Virus record (IMG/VR): IMGVR_UViG_3300025606_000003
Span: 43,036-107,035 of that record
Length of the DNA stretch: 64,000 nt
DNA from: a virus
Lineage: Duplodnaviria > Caudoviricetes
Strand: one strand, 5' to 3'
Positions 38,731 through 48,046 of this stretch are shown one piece after another; the first letter of the stretch is position 1, and every line of letters begins with the position of its first letter. The notes beneath the pieces were generated by a model. It was given only the letters and a program-made list of their open reading frames with translations. It did no database searches and was not told the DNA's origin. The translations under genes and the position numbers were made by a program.

Positions 38731-39035
38731 TGCGCCACCTCCGCTTCGGGTTTCTTCGTACACGGGCAGCTGGGATGGTGCATGAATGGCCGCGAGCCGT
38801 CCTGCGTGCGCGAAATGACAAACCAGTGCCCGTCATGCGCGACGGTGAACAAATACCAGCTACCATCTTGCGGCGCCGGTACAACAATCTGCGCCGGTAC
38901 GGCTGCCTGCCCGCCAGCTTGGTTGCCGTTTTTGGCGAAGGCTATTTGAACAGCGGGCGCGAGCAGGCCAATCAGCGTGCCGATGATCGCAATGATCACG
39001 AGCACTTCGACCAATGTAATTCCACGTTTTTTCAT
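38727..39035 (-). CDS. Prepilin-type N-terminal methylation domain protein (DUF1559-like N-terminus)
   Basis: MKKRG|ITLVEVLVIIAIIGTLIGLLAPAVQ. Confidence 0.8.
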   Translation of the reverse strand: MKKRGITLVEVLVIIAIIGTLIGLLAPAVQIAFAKNGNQAGGQAAVPAQIVVPAPQDGSWYLFTVAHDGHWFVISRTQDGSRPFMHHPSCPCTKKPEAEVAQ

Positions 39036-39589
39036 GTGTCCTCCTGTTTGTTATCTAACCGGGCAAGCAAATCGCGTAAAATAGCTAGCGCGGTTATCGT
39101 ATTTTGATACAGAATAGCGTCGGACAGGCACATTGGTGCGCGTTTATACGATTGCTCGCGCAAAACTGCGATTGAAAATTGTTCTGCTGCAAAATTGATC
39201 GCCAACCGCTCCTCGTCGGTGAGCGTGACCGTTTGTTTGGCCGGTTCCTGTGCGTCGCAAGCGGGCGTATTTTCAGGCGCAGACTGGCTTTGCCCGCGAG
39301 AATCTTGGCCGCTTGTTTGGCCGCTTGCCCGCGCGAGCAGGCCGGTCAGCAAGTCGGCATAGTCATGCGAGCCCAGCTGGCGGTTCAGCGCGTCGCGGCC
39401 CTCCTGAATAGCCCCCCGCTCCGCGTCGGTGAGCGTGGGCGGTGGCGGGTCGCGGTACAGAGGGAAGATCAGCCCATTGCAGTCGTTGGCGTCTTCCACC
39501 GCAGCGGTTTTGTACCGATGGACACTGAATGGCTCCAGCTTCCCGTCCAAAACAAGCCACGCCACAGGCTCCCGCGTTGTGTCGCTCAT
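39032..39589 (-). CDS. Hypothetical protein with EPVAW and two TLTDxER modules
   Basis: Repeated modules visible in protein and DNA. Confidence 0.65.
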   Translation of the reverse strand: MSDTTREPVAWLVLDGKLEPFSVHRYKTAAVEDANDCNGLIFPLYRDPPPPTLTDAERGAIQEGRDALNRQLGSHDYADLLTGLLARASGQTSGQDSRGQSQSAPENTPACDAQEPAKQTVTLTDEERLAINFAAEQFSIAVLREQSYKRAPMCLSDAILYQNTITALAILRDLLARLDNKQEDT

Positions 39590-39900
39590 CGCCCGCCTCC
39601 CAGCCGGGCGAGGAGGTCGCGCAGGATGGCGGCGGCGATTCTGGAGCCTCGGGCTTCCGCGTCAAACAACGCCCCTTCAATCGCCTCCCGCTCCTCGTCG
39701 GTGAGCGTCGCGTCCATCGTCACCGTCACGGCGTCATTACGCACCGATAACGTAGCGTCTTGTTCTGCGAGGCGCCGAATGGCTTCACGTAGATAAGAGT
39801 TCGTGCCGCATTTCACGATCTCTTCCCGGGCTGCGTCCACGTCAAACATCGTCACAGCCGTGTGGTCGGCCAATTTGTCAACAATATCAACAGCGGACAT
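39586..39900 (-). CDS. Hypothetical protein with TLTDEEREAI module
   Basis: AAAGGA RBS before MSAVDIV; frame stays open further upstream. Confidence 0.55.
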   Translation of the reverse strand: MSAVDIVDKLADHTAVTMFDVDAAREEIVKCGTNSYLREAIRRLAEQDATLSVRNDAVTVTMDATLTDEEREAIEGALFDAEARGSRIAAAILRDLLARLGGGR

Positions 39901-40079
39901 GGTGTTTCCTTTTTGATGCGTTGGCAATTCTTCAACTGATGTTTCAGGCCCCCGCCCACTCGTCGCCAAGCCGTTGTCGGGCTGCGTTACGTCTGGGGGC
40001 GCGTCAGGGCGGCACGAACTCTTATCTGCGTGTGGCACGCAGGCCGCGCCTGACGGTGTTTGTGTGCTGGCGTTTTTGT

Positions 40080-40265
40080 TCAGCGCATCCATACCAAAAC
40101 TCCCAGATAAATGACCCATGTGGCGAGAATCGGGATCAGCCACAGCAGGCGAAAAAGGGGGCCGAAGTCATATGGGCTGGACGGGCTATACGGTCGCAGC
40201 ATCATCAGCAGCATGACGACAGTCATGGCCGCCGGAATGACCCACGCCGGAAACGAAATTGTCAT
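40080..40265 (-). CDS. Small two-TM protein
   Basis: Hydrophobic, AAGGA RBS. Confidence 0.6.
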   Translation of the reverse strand: MTISFPAWVIPAAMTVVMLLMMLRPYSPSSPYDFGPLFRLLWLIPILATWVIYLGVLVWMR

Positions 40266-40450
40266 GGTGCATCCTTACGTGATGGCTCGTTCAAAACCTT
40301 CGGGCGCGTCTGCCGCATTCGGAAAAAGCCGTCGAAGCTGCTGGCAGCCAAAACAATGCCGCCAACAACAACGCCGCCGATCGCTGCGCCCGCAAGCAAC
40401 CACGGCCAAAACATGAGCCCGATAAACAACATCATTCCGAGATAATCCAT
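40262..40450 (-). CDS. Small membrane protein
   Basis: Hydrophobic N-half, coupled start and stop. Confidence 0.6.
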   Translation of the reverse strand: MDYLGMMLFIGLMFWPWLLAGAAIGGVVVGGIVLAASSFDGFFRMRQTRPKVLNEPSRKDAP

Positions 40451-40953
40451 TATTCTTCGCCTTTCCCAGTTGGCCCCGGCGACCGCTTTGCCCAGAACAA
40501 GTTACTCAGCTGCACCCGTGTATATGACTCTGTGAGATTTCCGGCGCTGTCTACCGGCAGGCGCGGATCTTCGCGGTGCCCAACAGGCGCCAGCCATTCG
40601 CCGCATCCGCAGGGCTCGCCTGACGGCGACAGACAGTCACGCGACGCTTCTTCAAACAGGGCGCCGCAAGCATCGCACTCAAACACCCGCCAGCCGGGAA
40701 TCGGTTTACGCATAATTAGGCGTCCTTGCGAAGCTTGCTCGCCGGGCTCTTTGTCGTCCGGCTCAAAGATATCAGGCGCCTTTTTTCCCGCAAGACTGAT
40801 CTCGTAGTCTGCTGGGTAGTGGCGCAAGAGCCGCGCAGCGCGTTGCCGGAGCGCGCGAAAACTGCGAAAGTCGGCAGCTTTACCGGTCAGAATGCTCACC
40901 AGAAACTCGCGGGTGTTCTTCACCGCGCGCGTCCGTTCGTGAGGCAGCGTCAT
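40450..40953 (-). CDS. BPSL0761-like N-terminus fused to a Zn-ribbon
   Basis: MTLPHERTRAV...TREFL...AARLLRHYP; CDACG..C..CGCG. Confidence 0.6.
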   Translation of the reverse strand: MTLPHERTRAVKNTREFLVSILTGKAADFRSFRALRQRAARLLRHYPADYEISLAGKKAPDIFEPDDKEPGEQASQGRLIMRKPIPGWRVFECDACGALFEEASRDCLSPSGEPCGCGEWLAPVGHREDPRLPVDSAGNLTESYTRVQLSNLFWAKRSPGPTGKGEE

Positions 40954-41089
40954 GGTTGAGGCGCGGCTCCGGAGCGTACTGGCACAACCCGCCTTCGCAG
41001 CAAGTTTCCAGAATAAGATGGCAAAACGGGCAGACTTGCTTGCCGCGAATTTCGACCGGCTGAGCTTCGCAGACTGGGCAGACAAGCAT
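40880..41089 (-). CDS. Small Zn-finger protein
   Basis: CPVC...CPFC...ETCCEG. Confidence 0.5.
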   Translation of the reverse strand: MLVCPVCEAQPVEIRGKQVCPFCHLILETCCEGGLCQYAPEPRLNHDAASRTDARGEEHPRVSGEHSDR

Positions 41090-41138
41090 ATGCCACCTTT
41101 GCTGGTTCTGCAAGTCAGATCAATCCGCCGCCAGTTGG

Positions 41139-41492
41139 CTAGATTCTGTCCGAGTCAGGAATGAATTTTTGCTCAAACGCCGCGTATACCTCAGCGTAGG
41201 CTACACCCCAGGCAGCATCGTGCGACAGCCGGTTAAACGTGATGGCGTCAGCTGTGTCTAACAGATGATTCCAGGCCCGCGCGTGTGCCCATTCGTGCAG
41301 CAAGACTTCAATAGCGCGGGCTTCATCTAGATTTTTATCGATCTCGATTACAAACTTTTTGCCTTCCTTCCAGCAACGGCCGTCAAGTTGCCGGGGCATA
41401 ACAATTCGTCTGACAGAGATCGGATACGCCGGCGCGCAGTGCTGTCTTAGTATTGTCACAAGCTGTCTGTACCGGCTGTAGCGCGCAGCCAT
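41139..41492 (-). CDS. Small HExxH metallopeptidase-like protein (SprT-like)
   Basis: LLHEWAHA and later HDAAWG; GGAGG RBS. Confidence 0.7.
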   Translation of the reverse strand: MAARYSRYRQLVTILRQHCAPAYPISVRRIVMPRQLDGRCWKEGKKFVIEIDKNLDEARAIEVLLHEWAHARAWNHLLDTADAITFNRLSHDAAWGVAYAEVYAAFEQKFIPDSDRI

Positions 41493-41616
41493 GCGTAATC
41501 CTCCGTGACATGTGACAAATACGCCCAGGTTGCCCAGCAAACCCGGCTGCGCGACACCAACGTCCAGTGTTAGTGCGGCCCTGATTATACAGCAGCTGGA
41601 AAACCAAACTGCAGGC

Positions 41617-44600
41617 CTAAATTCGCGATTTGTTAGCGGCTAGATATGCAGCCGCCGCGCCTAAACCGCCGCCGCCTAGAACGCTGCTCCAGTACAGCAG
41701 CGGATTTGTGTCTTTTTTGTTGCGGGTCAGATAGTGCCCCAAAGCTGCGCCGGCCGCGGTGCCGCCGGTGGTATATCCGATATGCTTGAGTTTGTCCCGG
41801 AAATTGATCAGCGCCTCAGCCTTGGGCAGGTAATTCCCGGTTTGATCTGCGTAACCGGGGCCCGGATTCTCCGCCTCGAGCCGGAATTGCTGCTGGTCAG
41901 TCGGCAAAGACTTGTAAAAGTCTTCCATGAGCTTGACCTGCTCTTCATGCGGCATGAACCGGGTAGTAACCTCAAACGGATTGATCCGCTGGCCGGCGCG
42001 CTGAGCCACGAAATCCTCTAGCTTGCGGCCCATCCAGTCGCTGTAACGCGTGCCCGGCGGCGCCAGCGTTTCCGGTACAGCCCTGTCAGAGAGCCGCGCC
42101 TTGAGCTGGTGCATGTAAGCTGCTACCGGGCCGCGCGAGAACATTTCGTAATGCGCCATACCGCCTACGCCCCGCTGCTCGGCAGGCGTTTTCAGCAAAT
42201 ACGGCTCTGTGCCAAGCCGTTTCATCAAAGTCGGCGAGCTGCGCAGCTTGACCAGTAACTCGCCGACAGGGATACCAAACGGCTTGAGCTGCGCGCCGGG
42301 GCTGAGCGTTTTCTGGTAATAGGTCAAGCCAGTGTAGTTCGGCGGCGGCGTGTTGTTTCGAAACACGTTCGGGTCGTAGTTTTTGACAGCGGCGCGCACC
42401 CGGGCAACCTGCTCGTCGCTCGCAATACCGTAAGCACCGCCAACGCCAAGTTTGCCGGCCAATCCCAACGCCGGAATCATCCACGGAAGCTTCGCAGGTA
42501 ACTTCGCAGGTAACTTCGCCGGGGTTTTCTTGTCGTCTGGCGAAGTCGCGTCGGACTTAGTTTTGGGCTTATGCTCAGGCTTGTCTGTGATTTTTGCCGT
42601 TTTTTGCTGCGTGCCAATCTCGCGCAGCAGCTGCCGAAACTGCTCGTTGAGATGTTCTTTTGTGCTGGCCAGATGCTGGATTACCTCATCGCCGGTGCGC
42701 TGCCGCCGCTGGCCAGTGAGCTTGCCGAGTAGCCCGGGCTCTTCGCTGCGAGATAGATATCTTTGCACGGCGACGTTCTTGAGCTCTTCCGGTAAACCAT
42801 CGTGCGAATCAAATCTGAGGCCGCGACCCTGGGCTTGTTGCAGTCTGGCTTCGTTCCAGTACGGGTCGAGCAGCTGGATCAGGCTTGTACCCTTGGTACT
42901 CAAACCCTCGGCGCCAGCCGGGCCGATCAGCAGCGCCCGGAGTTTGCCCGCGTTATAGTCAGCCAAGGCCTGCTGACGTTGCTTGGTCGAGATACCGCCG
43001 TGGAAAATACCGTACGGAATTTTGTTCTCGGCCAGCCCAGCAGCATACGGACTCAAACCGGCGTCTACGAAGTTCGAGTAAATAATGGCCTTCTTGCGCT
43101 CGTCTGAGTTTAACGTCTCGCGCAGCCGCTTGAAGGCCTCCTGCAGCTTCGCAGATTGCTGGAAGGCCTTTAGCGGGCTCTTGTCGGCCCGGAACGGCTG
43201 CGTAGACAGAGATACCTGCCGCATGCCGGTCATGAAGCTGTTCAGCTTGGCCAGTTCTTCGCGGCTGAGGGGGAACTCTTGATCTAGCTTCCAGAGAAAC
43301 CCAGGCGGTATCTTGGTCCGGATAGCTTTCTGAATACGCTGTTGCTCGGCGCTCAGCGGCACAGACACAGTCTCTTCGTTGATATTCACGCCGGTGGGCG
43401 CTTTGCTGGGCTGGTAATCAATATGGCCCTCGAGCAGCTTGCGCAGTTTGGGGCCGTTCTTCATGATCGGCGTCACACCGGTGCCGGCGCCGTGCAGAAA
43501 GCCCCAGAAGCTCGGCCAAACCTTCTTTTCGCCGATGAAGTCTTTGTCGAACTGCGCAGGGTCATACTTCTCGTTCCGAACAATAGATATCAAACTGGCC
43601 AGGTCTTTTGGCTCGTTCGTAATCGGCGTGCCAGTGAGCAGCATCACTCGTTTGGCGAGGCCGGCGTTTTGCAGGGCGGCTCTGCTCATGGCCGCGTCTG
43701 GATTGCGCAGCCGCGCGGCCTCGTCCATGATGAGCGTGTCAGGCTGCTTCTGGAATTTCTTGCCCATTCCGAGCCCGGTGTAGCTCATGACTTCCGGATG
43801 ACTATCAGTGAACTTCTTGATTTCTTTCTGAAAGTTCCCGCGCAGGCTGGCCGGCGCAACAATGCCGTAGCTGCTGCCGTCGAGCTTTTTGGCGGCTTCT
43901 GCTGCAGCAATCGCCGAGAGAGATTTTCCTGAACCTAGACCGTGATACACGATCATCCGGGGATCTTCGCCAGAAACCCGGTCAGCAATACGTTGCTGGT
44001 GTTCTTGTAGCTGGATTTCGGGCAGCAAAGCAGCTTGTTTACCCAGGCCCTGCACGTACTTCTGCATGGCTTTGCGCTGGTGCTCGTCCAGCATCTCTAC
44101 TACACCGTTTTGCGCCTCGTTAGGGACCATTTTTGCAGGGTCGATCGCCCAGTTGCGCAGCGCCCAGCCCCGCCGTGGCGTTGGGTTCTTGGCAAACGAA
44201 CTGCCGTGCCGGGCTTTGAAGCTCAGCCAGCGCTTGATCTGCCGCGCGTCTTCATCTGGAATTCTGCGCCCAGAAGCATAGCGCTTGTACCACTGCGCCC
44301 AGCCTTTGGGATCATGCTCAGAGATCCACTCGGGCTTCCACTCGCCTAGACTGGCCAGTCTGGGACCCTGCCCTCGGTACAGCGCGTCATACACGCCTAG
44401 GTTTTCAAGCTGCTCTGGCGTGTAGTCTGGCGTAAAGTCGGCAGCAAGCTTCGCCCACGCCCGGCCAGCTGCAACAGCTGCGCTATTTTTTTGCCGCGGC
44501 GGGAGGTTGTTGTAATACCCCTCCGATCCCGGCAGCGCTTCACCCGTAAAACCGTGATCATACACGTACCGCTTACTGTGGTTGTACGTGCCTTTGAGCA

Positions 44601-45975
44601 TAGACTGCAAAAAATTATCTTTCGAGCCCGTCTCGGGTTGCGTAGGTCCGATATCATACGCGGGCGCCGACCAACCGGACCGCCCGGGTCCAAGGCCGCG
44701 CCACGATTCGTTCCGTCTAAAAGCATTTTGCGGCCCCCAATGCTGGCCGTCCTCATTGTGGCCGTAGATGTGCGGGTCAACGGGGCCATCAGTTATAGGC
44801 ATACCGTCAACAGTGCCTATTACTTCTGCATTGTCTTTTGGAAAAGTTATGCCAGTTGTTTTTGTGATACGCTTTTGTAACTCCGCCATGGACAGCCCAG
44901 CAGTCTGGTCTTGTGTGTCCTGCGGCGGCGCAGCAGCGTAGCTTTTGGGATTCCCGGCGGCGTTGTATTGCTGCATTTGCATACGCAGCCACGCCTGACC
45001 AGCGGGCGCGTTAAGCAGCTGCGTCATGTTCTTATCGCCACCGAGCGGCGCGTACCCATGTTGCTGTGCTTGTTGCCGCATCCAGTCAATCTTAGGCGCA
45101 TAACCCGGGGCTAACGACACGCGAGCTTGCACCGGAGCGCCAGTGGCTGTGCGCGCAGCGTCGGCAGCATTTACAAACTCACCCATGACAGCGCCGGGCT
45201 CGTGAAAATGAGCGGAAGGATGTGCCTCGAAAGCGCCCGACATGGGCGTGACTTCCATGCCTGTATCTTGAATCTGCTTCAATGCCGGCGGCGCTTGCGG
45301 CACATGTTCAAGTTCATGCAACCCAATAAGTGACCGGGGCAACGCTTTGCCCCACGTGTTGGCATCTTGAAAGTAGTTTTTATCGCCCTCGTATTTCGTA
45401 CCCATCCAATTGTTTTGCCCGGCGTACTGCTGTTTTGGATTGTTGGGCAAATTCAACGTAGGCGGTGCGGCGCCATGTGGCGTAACGTTTGAGCCCATGA
45501 GCTTGCCGGCGGGGTCTTCAACAAGCTCAAAAGGTGTCCGTTTCTGGACGTTCGCGATTTGGTCTTGAAATTTTTTATCTAGAACGCCGGTGTACCGTTG
45601 CATGCTATCAGGCTGCGCAACGCCCGATTGCGAAGCTGCCGGCGCATTATGTTGCTGCAAATGATCTTGCACGGAGCGATAAAAATTTTGCCTGTTTTGG
45701 CCAAAATCGTGGTCATCCCCCGAGTAGTTATTTCTCATCCACGCGGTCGACGCGGCGGCCGTGGCCTGCGGCGTATTCAAAAACGGCAGTTTTGGCACGA
45801 CCGTATTTGGCGGTGCAACGGGCGCCGCCGCTGAAGGCGCCGGTTTAGGAGTTGCTGGCGCGGGCGGCAGCGGCGTGGCAGCCTGCTTTGCCCACGCTTT
45901 GCCGGCAGCCTGCGCACCGGTCTCGTCGCCTGGCTCAGCGCCGGTTCTATCCAGACTGGGAGCGTTCTCGGGCAT
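41617..45975 (-). CDS. Multi-module virion protein containing a SNF2-family helicase
   Basis: GLGSGKS, DEAA, TGTP, EGLS, QAQGRGLR (about 42600-44030); HELEH module; DPKGWAQWY..RY..GRR module; C-terminal Gly-zipper. Confidence 0.85.
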   Translation of the reverse strand: MPENAPSLDRTGAEPGDETGAQAAGKAWAKQAATPLPPAPATPKPAPSAAAPVAPPNTVVPKLPFLNTPQATAAASTAWMRNNYSGDDHDFGQNRQNFYRSVQDHLQQHNAPAASQSGVAQPDSMQRYTGVLDKKFQDQIANVQKRTPFELVEDPAGKLMGSNVTPHGAAPPTLNLPNNPKQQYAGQNNWMGTKYEGDKNYFQDANTWGKALPRSLIGLHELEHVPQAPPALKQIQDTGMEVTPMSGAFEAHPSAHFHEPGAVMGEFVNAADAARTATGAPVQARVSLAPGYAPKIDWMRQQAQQHGYAPLGGDKNMTQLLNAPAGQAWLRMQMQQYNAAGNPKSYAAAPPQDTQDQTAGLSMAELQKRITKTTGITFPKDNAEVIGTVDGMPITDGPVDPHIYGHNEDGQHWGPQNAFRRNESWRGLGPGRSGWSAPAYDIGPTQPETGSKDNFLQSMLKGTYNHSKRYVYDHGFTGEALPGSEGYYNNLPPRQKNSAAVAAGRAWAKLAADFTPDYTPEQLENLGVYDALYRGQGPRLASLGEWKPEWISEHDPKGWAQWYKRYASGRRIPDEDARQIKRWLSFKARHGSSFAKNPTPRRGWALRNWAIDPAKMVPNEAQNGVVEMLDEHQRKAMQKYVQGLGKQAALLPEIQLQEHQQRIADRVSGEDPRMIVYHGLGSGKSLSAIAAAEAAKKLDGSSYGIVAPASLRGNFQKEIKKFTDSHPEVMSYTGLGMGKKFQKQPDTLIMDEAARLRNPDAAMSRAALQNAGLAKRVMLLTGTPITNEPKDLASLISIVRNEKYDPAQFDKDFIGEKKVWPSFWGFLHGAGTGVTPIMKNGPKLRKLLEGHIDYQPSKAPTGVNINEETVSVPLSAEQQRIQKAIRTKIPPGFLWKLDQEFPLSREELAKLNSFMTGMRQVSLSTQPFRADKSPLKAFQQSAKLQEAFKRLRETLNSDERKKAIIYSNFVDAGLSPYAAGLAENKIPYGIFHGGISTKQRQQALADYNAGKLRALLIGPAGAEGLSTKGTSLIQLLDPYWNEARLQQAQGRGLRFDSHDGLPEELKNVAVQRYLSRSEEPGLLGKLTGQRRQRTGDEVIQHLASTKEHLNEQFRQLLREIGTQQKTAKITDKPEHKPKTKSDATSPDDKKTPAKLPAKLPAKLPWMIPALGLAGKLGVGGAYGIASDEQVARVRAAVKNYDPNVFRNNTPPPNYTGLTYYQKTLSPGAQLKPFGIPVGELLVKLRSSPTLMKRLGTEPYLLKTPAEQRGVGGMAHYEMFSRGPVAAYMHQLKARLSDRAVPETLAPPGTRYSDWMGRKLEDFVAQRAGQRINPFEVTTRFMPHEEQVKLMEDFYKSLPTDQQQFRLEAENPGPGYADQTGNYLPKAEALINFRDKLKHIGYTTGGTAAGAALGHYLTRNKKDTNPLLYWSSVLGGGGLGAAAAYLAANKSRI

Positions 45976-46041
45976 ACGGGCATCCTTGCCGAGAGCCAAT
46001 AGATATCTTTGCGCGCAGCTCAGCGCGCAAGAGCTCTGTTA

Positions 46042-46488
46042 TTACCGCTTCAGCGCACCCATGCCTGTGCCGCGAGGCGGTGTGGGTGTGGCGGGGCCAG
46101 GCCGGCGATCGCCGTACTGCATCGGCTGCCGCGGCGCGCCGGTACTAAACGTGGATCCATATCCGTCATTGACCCGGTACGCGTGCCCAGGTGTGACAGA
46201 GCGCCTGATATCGGTGTTACCCACGCCGCCAATCCCGCTTAGCCGTGGCTCCGTGTAATCAGCCTGCATCATGTCTTCGCCGGCGTTCGTCGTCTGTATT
46301 GAATTCGACACGTCTCCGGGGCCGGATTGTAAGTATTTGTGCCAACTTGGAGCCGTGTCGAGATAGTTTGGCGGCACTTTTTCGGCGTAACCGGCGTGTT
46401 GCTTGGGGTATTGATTGGCGACCGCCGTGGCGATTCCGTTCATGTCGATCGACAACTTGACCATTCTTCCAAACTGAAACGCGTTCAT
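46042..46488 (-). CDS. Hypothetical protein with FGRMVKLS leader
   Basis: Leader motif shared with neighbouring virion proteins. Confidence 0.6.
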   Translation of the reverse strand: MNAFQFGRMVKLSIDMNGIATAVANQYPKQHAGYAEKVPPNYLDTAPSWHKYLQSGPGDVSNSIQTTNAGEDMMQADYTEPRLSGIGGVGNTDIRRSVTPGHAYRVNDGYGSTFSTGAPRQPMQYGDRRPGPATPTPPRGTGMGALKR

Positions 46489-46558
46489 GTGTGCACTCAC
46501 TTTTGGGTTTACTGCAAGTTTACCGGCACTGTTTTAACTTACGGCGTGATCAGATCTG

Positions 46559-47992
46559 TCACTGTTGGGGCGCAGGCGGGCGACGGCTCATCACCTCAGC
46601 CATGCCAACGTCGCCACCGGCAGACGGATACTTGCGCAACAGCTCGCGCTCACCGCCTAACCGATGCTGTTTGATATCAGCTTCGCTAGGCGGCCCAGCC
46701 TGCGTGTTCGGCTCGAGACCGATATTGTCCGTCAGCTCCCGAAGACGGCCGGCTTCTTGAAACAGCGCCCGTTGCTGCGCGCTAGGCGGCCCAGCCTGCG
46801 TGTTCGGCTCGAGACCGATGTTGTCCTTCAGCTCTTGCAGCCGACCGGCTTCCTGAAACAGCGCCCGTTGCTGCGCGAGTTGTTCCGGCAGCACGAGGTT
46901 ATTCGGGTCATCTCCGGCCGGTTCTTGGTCGCCGGCAGCCAACAGCGCAGCGTGATCTTCAGGGGCTGCGCCACCGCCCGCCGAAAGCTGCGCCATTTGC
47001 CGCTCGTGCGCCTTTAGCGCCTCAGACTTGGGCGCCTCTGGAGTTACAGGCGGCTTGCTCCCGCCGAGCTGCGGCAACTTGTCCTTGAGCGAACCAAACA
47101 TTTTCTGCAGCTTGGCGATCTGGTTCGGCGCAAAGCCGCCGACACCAGCGCCAACGCCACCGCCGACAAGACCACCACCGAGCGCACCACGCAACGCAGC
47201 GCCAAGGCGGCCTTTGCGCTGTTTAACAATATTTCCGGCGTCGTCAACAGTCTCTTCTTCGCCCGGATTGAACGCGCCGTACAGGCCGCCAGCCAACGCA
47301 CCCAGACCCGCGCCGCCGAGACCGCCCGCCATCATGGCCGGCGCCCGACTGGGGTTGTGGGGATCAGGCAGCGTGAGCTCGCCCTCGCCCTCGGCCCGCT
47401 TTTCGGCGACGGCCCGTTTGACATAAGCGCCAAACGCGCGCATGTTGGCAGCCTTCTGTTGCTGCTGTTGGCGCTTGTTTTTCCGTGCCGAGTACTTGAA
47501 TTCCATGGAAGAATCTCCTTGAAGGAAAGTAATATCCTGAGCCGTGTTTTTTTTCTCGAGATCGCCGTAAACCAGTTGGCCGCCCGGCAAGTCAGACTGC
47601 CGACGCATGCTGTATTCCATAAGCTCGGGTATACGATTGATCTTGCGGGCCATATCTTCGCCCCAAGTATCTTGCTTACCGGTGATCGCGTTATGAAGGG
47701 CATGCCCAATATCTTCGGTTTTGTACTTGAGCCCTAGGCCAACCCCAGGCAGCCCATACTCAGCAGCGCCACCCAGCGCGCCACCAGCGGCGCCTCCGAT
47801 GAGCGCTCCGCGCAGCCGTTTACCCTTACCGGCTGCCAGAGCGCCAACGCCGGTGCCAAGTCCGGCGGCCATCAACGGCGCAATAAACGCCGGGTCAATG
47901 GCAGAGCTAGCTCCAGCTTTCACAGCGGAGAGCGCGCCGGCTCGGTATTGAAGCTTCTGTGCCATATACTGCGGCCCACACAACAGCATCAA
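46559..47992 (-). CDS. Gly-zipper virion protein with internal 32-aa duplication
   Basis: Two RLRGAL.G..GG hairpin modules; EKRA, QKAA motifs. Confidence 0.7.
   Translation of the reverse strand: MMLLCGPQYMAQKLQYRAGALSAVKAGASSAIDPAFIAPLMAAGLGTGVGALAAGKGKRLRGALIGGAAGGALGGAAEYGLPGVGLGLKYKTEDIGHALHNAITGKQDTWGEDMARKINRIPELMEYSMRRQSDLPGGQLVYGDLEKKNTAQDITFLQGDSSMEFKYSARKNKRQQQQQKAANMRAFGAYVKRAVAEKRAEGEGELTLPDPHNPSRAPAMMAGGLGGAGLGALAGGLYGAFNPGEEETVDDAGNIVKQRKGRLGAALRGALGGGLVGGGVGAGVGGFAPNQIAKLQKMFGSLKDKLPQLGGSKPPVTPEAPKSEALKAHERQMAQLSAGGGAAPEDHAALLAAGDQEPAGDDPNNLVLPEQLAQQRALFQEAGRLQELKDNIGLEPNTQAGPPSAQQRALFQEAGRLRELTDNIGLEPNTQAGPPSEADIKQHRLGGERELLRKYPSAGGDVGMAEVMSRRPPAPQQ
46685..46876. repeat. Near-identical 96-bp tandem duplication
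   Basis: AQQRALFQEAGRL.EL.DNIGLEPNTQAGPPS x2. Confidence 0.9.
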
Positions 47993-48046
47993 AACAACAC
48001 GGAATTACGCAAAACTACGCAAGAATATGGCAGTATACCAACTAAC

